Assembly: GCA_040508315.1 (NCBI GenBank)
Contig: JBEVNC010000149.1
Span: 10,348-74,347, forward strand
DNA length: 64,000 bases
Reading direction: 5' to 3'
DNA from: Sphingobium sp.
GTDB lineage: Bacteria > Pseudomonadota > Alphaproteobacteria > Sphingomonadales > Sphingomonadaceae
Position numbers and translations under genes: made by a program. Shown one piece after another: positions 58,025 to 64,000 of this stretch (positions are counted from its first letter, which is position 1; every line of letters begins with the position of its first letter). The notes beneath the pieces are model-generated. The model saw nothing but the letters and a program-made list of their open reading frames with translations, had not been told where the DNA came from and searched no databases.

Positions 58025-60297
58025 GCGTGCGTCTCCATGGTGAAGGGAAGGCGGCGCCAGCTGCGCCCGGTCAACGTCCGCAGTGCGCCGCCCAGTGCGG
58101 GCGCGACGGCGGGCACGCCGATCTCCCCCACGCCGCCCTGGTCGCGGGTGCTGGGGATGATCTCGACGGTGATGCTGCCGGTATCCGCCATGCGCGGCAG
58201 GCCCATCTCGCCCAGTTGCAATTTGGTCGGCATGCCGCCGCGATAATGGCCCGCACCGCCCAGCGCGGCGGCGAGGCCGAAGATCAGGCCGCCCTCTATC
58301 TGCTGGCGCACGATGTCGGGATTGACCGGCGCGCCGCAATCGACGGCCGCGACGATGCGGCGCACCGCGATCCGGCCATTGTCGATGCTGGCGCTCACCA
58401 CCACTGCGATGGCGGTGTCGGCCATCATGTGACAGGCGATACCCTGCCCGCTGCCGGGGATGCCGCCCTGCCACTCGCCCAGCGCCGCCGCCGTGGTGAG
58501 GCAGCGGGCGAGGCGCGGCTGCTTGCCCAGCATGCGGATGCGGTATGACATGGGTTCGGCATGGGCATGGGCGGCAAGCTCGTCGATGAAACTTTCCCGG
58601 AAAAACGCGGCATAGTGATCCGCATTGGATCGCCAGCGGCCAGTGGGCAAGGCGATGCGGGCGGGATGATGGTCCACCGCATAGTCGGGGATGGCATAGG
58701 GACCATCGAGGCCGGAGACCGCGAGACGGTCGGCCGTCGCCGCGCTTCCCGCGATGGCGTCCTGTACATCCTCGCCAACGCCGATGCGGCGCCAGAGTTG
58801 CGCGAGGGCAGCGGGCGCGGCGACTTTCGCCACCATCGCCTCGACCGCGCCATCCTGTCCCAGCTTGGCGGTCATCCGGGCCAGCGCGGGCGGGCGCGGG
58901 CGGTCGTGGACGATATCCTCCGAGCGGGACCATTGCAGTTGCACCGGCACCTTCATGCGGCGAGCGATCAGCGCGGCCTGCACGGCGGCGTCGGCCTCCA
59001 TCTTGCGACCGAAGGAGCCGCCCGCGAGCAATGGGTAGATGGTGACGCTACTGTCCGACAGATCGAGGGCGCGCGCGACCGCCTGAACGGCAAGGCCGGG
59101 GGCCTGGCTCGGCATCCATAGTTCGACGCCAGCGTCGCCGACGCGCGCCGTCGCCGCCATGGGTTCGAGGGCGAGGTGGAGCGCTGGCGCGACGCCGTAA
59201 GTGGCGGTGACGACACGGGCGCTCTCGAATGCGCCTACCGGGTCGCCGCGCGAGAAGAAGCGCTCACCTTCACCGCTGTGCAGGGCGGCCTTCAGCGCAT
59301 CCTCGATGGCCGCGTCGGTCAGGGGGCGTCCGGACGTCTCGAACACCGGATCGAGCCGCCCGAGCGCCTGATTGGCCGCCCACCAGTTGGTCGCGGCCAC
59401 CGCGATCCAGCTATCGCCCCGGATCACGTCGAGCACGCCCGTCACGCGCCGCGCGGCGGCATCGTCGGCGGACTTGGGACGCAGCGATCCGACCGGTCCC
59501 TGCCGGATGGAGGCGAAGACCATGTCGGGCAGGCGGATGTCGGCGGCGTAGTTTGCCGATCCGTCGATCTTGGCAGGCAGGTCGAGCCGGGGCGCATCGG
59601 TGCCAGTCAGGCGATTTTCGCGCCCCTGCCGCAGTGGCAATATGGCGGGCACGTCGAACCCCACCGCCTCGTCCACGATCTCGCCGATACGCAGCTTGCG
59701 CGCGCCGTCGGTGACGAGGCCGTCGATGATGTCGCAGCTTTCCCAGGTCACGTCCCAGCGCGCCGCCGCCGCCTTGCACAGCAGCACCCGCGCCGCCGCG
59801 CCCGCTTCGCGAAAAGCCTGCCGGAACATCGCCAGCGAAGTGGAGCCGCCGGTGAGGACGAGGCCGGAGCGCTGCGCATATTCGTCCACCGCATAATCGC
59901 CGACCGGCCCGGTCGCACGCAGAGTCGTCCCCGTCAGCCATTCGCGCGCCAGCAGCGTGTTGGCGTAGAGCGGGCCGGGCTGCGCGGGCTGGACGGCGAC
60001 GGTGCGCCAGTCGGCGCCCAGTTCGTCCGCCAGTATCTGGGGCAGTACGGTATAGACGCCTTGCCCCATCTCCGCCTGCGGTACGATGACGATGATCCGG
60101 CCCGCCCGGTCGATCTTGAGGAAGGCGCCCAGTCCCTGTTCGCCGGGCGCGAGGTTGAGGCGGGGCGTGTAGCTGCGCGGCCATAGCGCCCAGCCGAGCG
60201 CCAGGCCGCCCGTCGCCGCGGCCCCGATCAGGAAGGCGCGGCGCGACGTCTTTTCCCCACGCGGCGCCCGGCCGGCCCCGATCTGCCTCACTCTCAT
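58021..60297 (-). CDS. Xanthine dehydrogenase-family molybdopterin-binding subunit (isoquinoline 1-oxidoreductase beta-like), Tat signal
   Basis: SRRAFL Tat motif, EMGQG, TGGSTS, GGSFGR, VNPD.V.QQIEGG..FGL, GVGE. Confidence 0.9.
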   Translation of the reverse strand: MRVRQIGAGRAPRGEKTSRRAFLIGAAATGGLALGWALWPRSYTPRLNLAPGEQGLGAFLKIDRAGRIIVIVPQAEMGQGVYTVLPQILADELGADWRTVAVQPAQPGPLYANTLLAREWLTGTTLRATGPVGDYAVDEYAQRSGLVLTGGSTSLAMFRQAFREAGAAARVLLCKAAAARWDVTWESCDIIDGLVTDGARKLRIGEIVDEAVGFDVPAILPLRQGRENRLTGTDAPRLDLPAKIDGSANYAADIRLPDMVFASIRQGPVGSLRPKSADDAAARRVTGVLDVIRGDSWIAVAATNWWAANQALGRLDPVFETSGRPLTDAAIEDALKAALHSGEGERFFSRGDPVGAFESARVVTATYGVAPALHLALEPMAATARVGDAGVELWMPSQAPGLAVQAVARALDLSDSSVTIYPLLAGGSFGRKMEADAAVQAALIARRMKVPVQLQWSRSEDIVHDRPRPPALARMTAKLGQDGAVEAMVAKVAAPAALAQLWRRIGVGEDVQDAIAGSAATADRLAVSGLDGPYAIPDYAVDHHPARIALPTGRWRSNADHYAAFFRESFIDELAAHAHAEPMSYRIRMLGKQPRLARCLTTAAALGEWQGGIPGSGQGIACHMMADTAIAVVVSASIDNGRIAVRRIVAAVDCGAPVNPDIVRQQIEGGLIFGLAAALGGAGHYRGGMPTKLQLGEMGLPRMADTGSITVEIIPSTRDQGGVGEIGVPAVAPALGGALRTLTGRSWRRLPFTMETHA

Positions 60298-60365
60298 GGG
60301 AACGGGATTTAGCGGGCGGGCCGGGGAACGGGAAGGGCGGGCAGGAGCGAAATTATCCCGTCGGC

Positions 60366-60794
60366 CTACCCCACCGCCGCCACGCCGAGGCGCGGTATGT
60401 CGATGGCCGGACAGCGATCCATCACCACCTCCAATCCCGCCGTTTCGGCCTGCGTCGCCGCTTCGCGGTTGATCACGCCCAGCTGCATCCAGACCGACTT
60501 CGCACCGATGGCGATGGCTTCATCCACCACGGCCCCGGCAGCTTCGCTTTCCCGGAAGATATCCACCATGTCGACGGGTTCGGCAATGTCGGCGAGGGTC
60601 GCGACCACCGGCTGGCCATGGATCTCCTGCCCGGCATGGCCGGGATTGACGGGGATGACCCGGTAGCCCTGCGCCAGCAGGAACCGCATCACGCCGTTGC
60701 TGGCGCGCGCGGGCTTGGCGGATGCGCCGACCAGCGCGATGGTGCGCGTCGTCTCCAATAGTCGGGCGATATCGGCATTGGCGGTCAGCGGCAT
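60366..60794 (-). CDS. CoA-binding protein (YccU-like)
   Basis: IALVGAS..P.R.S..V..FL...GY.V.PVNP, VD.FR, VWMQLG, VMDRC. Confidence 0.92.
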   Translation of the reverse strand: MPLTANADIARLLETTRTIALVGASAKPARASNGVMRFLLAQGYRVIPVNPGHAGQEIHGQPVVATLADIAEPVDMVDIFRESEAAGAVVDEAIAIGAKSVWMQLGVINREAATQAETAGLEVVMDRCPAIDIPRLGVAAVG

Positions 60795-60912
60795 GGGCTT
60801 CTCCTGCGGGTTCCCTACGATGTGGGAAGCGGCCGCAGGGCTGCAAGGTCTGCCGGGACGGTGGTCCCCTGCTATAGGTTGGAATGACTATCGGGTGTTG
60901 GGGAATACCCAG

Positions 60913-61893
60913 CTACCCCCCGATCCAGTCAGCCACCTTCCGCGCGATCGCCATGAACGGCGCGGCCACTGCATCGTCGCTCGCCGCCGGGGGCGCGCCG
61001 CCGTCCGACGCGCGGCGCACCGCGATGTCGAGCGGCAGCCGGCCGAGGAAGGCGAGGCCCATCGAGGCGGCCGCCGCCTCCGCCCCGCCCTGGCCGAAGG
61101 GATCGCTGATTTCCCCGCAATGGGGGCAGGCATAGCCCGACATATTCTCGACCATGCCGATGATCGGCACATTGGCCTGCTGGAACAGGTTGATGGCCCG
61201 CGTCGCGTCGATCAGCGCCAGATCCTGCGGCGTGGAGACGATCACGGCACCCGCAGGCTTGTGCTTGGAGATCATCGTCAGCTGCACGTCGCCGGTGCCG
61301 GGCGGCAGGTCCACCACCAATATATCGACGTCCTGCCAATGTGCGTCGATCAATTGGCCCAGCGCATTGCCCGCCATCGGCCCGCGCCATGCAATGGCCT
61401 GACCCGGCTCGATCAGATGGCCCATGGACAGCATCGGCACGCCATAACCATTGGGGACGGGGATCATGCGGCTGTTCTGAGCGCGGGGCTTGACGCCTTC
61501 GCTGGACAGCAGCCGGGGGAGGGAAGGGCCATAGATGTCCGCGTCGACCATTCCGACCTTGAGGCCGAGGCGCGAGAGGGCGACCGCGATATTGACCGAG
61601 AGCGTCGACTTGCCCACCCCGCCCTTGCCCGATCCGACAGCGATGATGCGCGGGCCGGCCGACTTCTCGGCTGTGAGGGCGATCTTCACATCCGCCACCC
61701 CCGGTAGGCCGAGCGCTGCCTCGCGCACCTCCTTTTCCAACGCGGCGCGCGCATCCGGACCCAGTCCGCCGACTTCCAGCACCATGGTCATCACGCCGTC
61801 GCGCAGCTTTGCCGCGCTGGCGCGCCCGGCGCTGGCTTGCGCGAGCAGGGCGGCGATTTCCGGCGAAACGGGTTGGGGTCTTTCATCTGTCAT
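60913..61893 (-). CDS. mrp: Mrp/NBP35 (ApbC) Fe-S carrier ATPase
   Basis: SGKGGVGKST, DADIYGPS, WRGPM, DLPPGTGD, VSTPQ, ENMS...CPHC. Confidence 0.93.
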   Translation of the reverse strand: MTDERPQPVSPEIAALLAQASAGRASAAKLRDGVMTMVLEVGGLGPDARAALEKEVREAALGLPGVADVKIALTAEKSAGPRIIAVGSGKGGVGKSTLSVNIAVALSRLGLKVGMVDADIYGPSLPRLLSSEGVKPRAQNSRMIPVPNGYGVPMLSMGHLIEPGQAIAWRGPMAGNALGQLIDAHWQDVDILVVDLPPGTGDVQLTMISKHKPAGAVIVSTPQDLALIDATRAINLFQQANVPIIGMVENMSGYACPHCGEISDPFGQGGAEAAAASMGLAFLGRLPLDIAVRRASDGGAPPAASDDAVAAPFMAIARKVADWIGG

Positions 61894-62018
61894 GGCGGCT
61901 GCTCTTAATGGTCCGCTGAGCATGCGTGAAGCGCCGCGCGGGCACTTTTCGCCGCCAATCGGTGCCAAAATGGGCCTCGCACCTGTTCTTGCGGCCCAAC
62001 GGTCCCTATAGTGGGTGC

Positions 62019-63128
62019 ATGATGCTAGTGGAACGCTGGCTGCGCGGCGCGCGGTTGCTGATGAACGAGAACAGCCCATGGGGCGGATCGGGAGGCTCCG
62101 ATGGAGGGGGCGGCGGCGGAGGTCGCGGCAACGGCGGTGGCCCGCGCAACCCCTGGAGTCGGCCCCCCGGCGAGGAACCGCCGGGCCGTGAACCACGCGG
62201 CCCCTCTGCGGTAGACGAAATGATCCGGCGCGCGCGCTCGTCCTTTGGCGGCGGCCTGCCCGGCGGCGGCGATGGCCGCAACATCTGGGTCTATGTCGTG
62301 ATCGGTATCGTCGCCGTCTGGCTGGCAACCACCTGCGTCCACCGCATCGGCCCGCAGCAGCGCGGCATCGTCACCATTTTGGGCAGCTACAGTCGCACGC
62401 TTACCCCCGGCATCGGTCTCACCCTGCCCGAACCATTCGAGAGCGTGACGCGTATCGACGTCGAGGAAATCCGCGCCATCGACATCGGCGCGAGCGGCGA
62501 TTCAGCCAAGCTGGTGCTGACCGGCGACCAGAATATCATCGACCTGGCCTATTCGGTGCGCTGGAACATCCGCACCCCCGAACTCTATGCCTTCCAGATC
62601 GCCGATCCCGACACCACGATCAGCGAGGTCGCCGAATCGGCGATGCGCGCGGTGGTCGCCACCGTCACGCTGGACGAGGCGCTGGGATCGGGGCGCACAC
62701 TGATCGAGCAGCAGGTGCAATTGCGCATGCAGGAGATCCTCGACGGCTATCGTTCGGGCGTCCGTATCCAGGGTGTCGCGATCAAGCAGGCCGATCCACC
62801 AGCCGCCGTCAATGACGCCTTCAAGGAGGTGTCCGCCGCGCAGCAGACCGCCCAGACCTATCTCAACGAGGCGCGCGCCTATGCGCAGCAACTCAATGAG
62901 AAGGCGCAGGGCGAGGCGCAGGCCTTCGACAAGGTCTATGCCCAGTACAAGCTGGCGCCGGAAGTCACGCGGCGACGCATGTATTATGAAACGATGGAGC
63001 AGGTATTGTCCGGCATCGACAAGACCATCGTGGATGCAAATGGCGTAAACAGCTATCTGCCGCTCCCCGAAGTGGCGCGGCGTCCGGCGCCTGCCGCCGC
63101 CCGTACCGAAGCGGAGACCCAGCGATGA
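62019..63128 (+). CDS. hflK: FtsH protease modulator HflK
   Basis: Gly-rich N-terminus with PW motifs, TM, LTGDQNI, AESAMR, PP..V.DAF..V, APEVTRRRMYYETME. Confidence 0.93.
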   Translation: MMLVERWLRGARLLMNENSPWGGSGGSDGGGGGGGRGNGGGPRNPWSRPPGEEPPGREPRGPSAVDEMIRRARSSFGGGLPGGGDGRNIWVYVVIGIVAVWLATTCVHRIGPQQRGIVTILGSYSRTLTPGIGLTLPEPFESVTRIDVEEIRAIDIGASGDSAKLVLTGDQNIIDLAYSVRWNIRTPELYAFQIADPDTTISEVAESAMRAVVATVTLDEALGSGRTLIEQQVQLRMQEILDGYRSGVRIQGVAIKQADPPAAVNDAFKEVSAAQQTAQTYLNEARAYAQQLNEKAQGEAQAFDKVYAQYKLAPEVTRRRMYYETMEQVLSGIDKTIVDANGVNSYLPLPEVARRPAPAAARTEAETQR

Positions 63129-63973
63129 ACGGTGTTGTCCCGCGTGGAGCCATCGCGTTCGCGGTCATCGCGACGCTCCTGCTGATCCTGTTCGGCTCGA
63201 CCTTCTCGATCGTGCCGGAAACCAAGCAGGCGGTCGTGGTTCGTTTCGGCGAGCCGGTGCGCATCGTCAACGCGTACAAGGCGGGCGAGGTGTTCGGTCA
63301 TACCGGCGCCGGTCTCAACCTGCGCATGCCCTTCACCGACCAGATCGTGTGGATCGACAAGCGCATCCAGTCGGTCGAGATGGAGCGCCAGCAGGTGCTG
63401 TCGACCGACCAGCTCCGGCTGCAGGTCGACGCCTTCGCGCGCTATCGCATCACCGACCCGCTGCGCATGTTCATCGCGGCGGGCAGCGAGGAGCGTGTTT
63501 CCGATGCGCTGCGGCCGATCCTCGGTTCGTCGCTGCGCAACGAACTGGGCAAGCGCCGCTTCGCCTCGCTGCTCGACGCGGAACGCGGCACGGCCATGCG
63601 TAATATCCGCACCAGCCTGAACCGCGTCGCGCGGCAATATGGCGCGGAAGTCATCGACGTGCGGATCAAGCGGGCCGACCTGCCCGATGGCACCCCGCTG
63701 CAAAGCGCGTTCCAGCGCATGCGTACCGCGCGTGAGCAGGAGGCGCTGACCATTCGTGCCCAGGGCGCCAAGCAGGCGCAGATCACCCGCGCCGATGCTG
63801 ACGCCGCCGCATCGCAGGTCTATGCCCAGGCGTTCAACAAAGACCCGCAATTCTACGATTTCTATCGTGCGATGCAGGCTTATGGCACGACCTTCGGACC
63901 CAATGCCCGTGGTCAGACGTCTGTAGTTCTCTCGGCAGACAATGATTTCCTGCGCGAGTTCAAGGGGCGTTAA
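63125..63973 (+). CDS. hflC: FtsH protease modulator HflC
   Basis: VVRFG.P, DKRI, VDAFARYRI.DP, DVRIKRADLP, RM.T.R, DP.FY.FYR.M.AY. Confidence 0.93.
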   Translation: MNGVVPRGAIAFAVIATLLLILFGSTFSIVPETKQAVVVRFGEPVRIVNAYKAGEVFGHTGAGLNLRMPFTDQIVWIDKRIQSVEMERQQVLSTDQLRLQVDAFARYRITDPLRMFIAAGSEERVSDALRPILGSSLRNELGKRRFASLLDAERGTAMRNIRTSLNRVARQYGAEVIDVRIKRADLPDGTPLQSAFQRMRTAREQEALTIRAQGAKQAQITRADADAAASQVYAQAFNKDPQFYDFYRAMQAYGTTFGPNARGQTSVVLSADNDFLREFKGR

Positions 63974-64000
63974 TCTCCCGGATTATTCAATGCCGGTTCA

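Overview
GC-rich, gene-dense chromosomal window from an alphaproteobacterium, very probably Sphingomonadaceae (ecfG without adjacent phyR/nepR, sphingomonad-type REP palindromes, glnE-bcp-DUF455-M23-erpA-xth synteny). In order it holds: an SDR; NHEJ ku-ligD; a TIM-barrel epimerase; DUF3008; a wHTH regulator; LysR plus a tripartite EmrAB-TolC-type pump; tRNA-Val(TAC); an MFS; a seven-gene VOC/DoxX/DUF1428/GST/SRPBCC cluster opposite an HxlR regulator; dinB; an envelope block (bamE, DUF898, M48); a general-stress locus (PRC-barrel, small membrane protein, EcfG-type sigma, convergent NepR-like small ORF); glnE to xth; acnA; TauD plus MFS; glgPBCAX plus a GH13 alpha-glucosidase; a Fur-box-associated TonB-dependent iron-uptake unit; phbB, hemH, an IorB-like molybdoprotein, mrp and hflKC. 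I found no integrase, transposase, prophage, CRISPR array or rRNA. The most interesting signals are regulatory and small-scale: a candidate EcfG feedback module with unannotated small proteins, tandem LexA-like boxes on an uncharacterised wHTH gene, an HxlR operator encoded in its own first codons, SD-sequestering hairpins (one translated as a GlgC tail) and three families of REP-like palindromes. All product calls come from recognising motifs by eye; no database searches were run.
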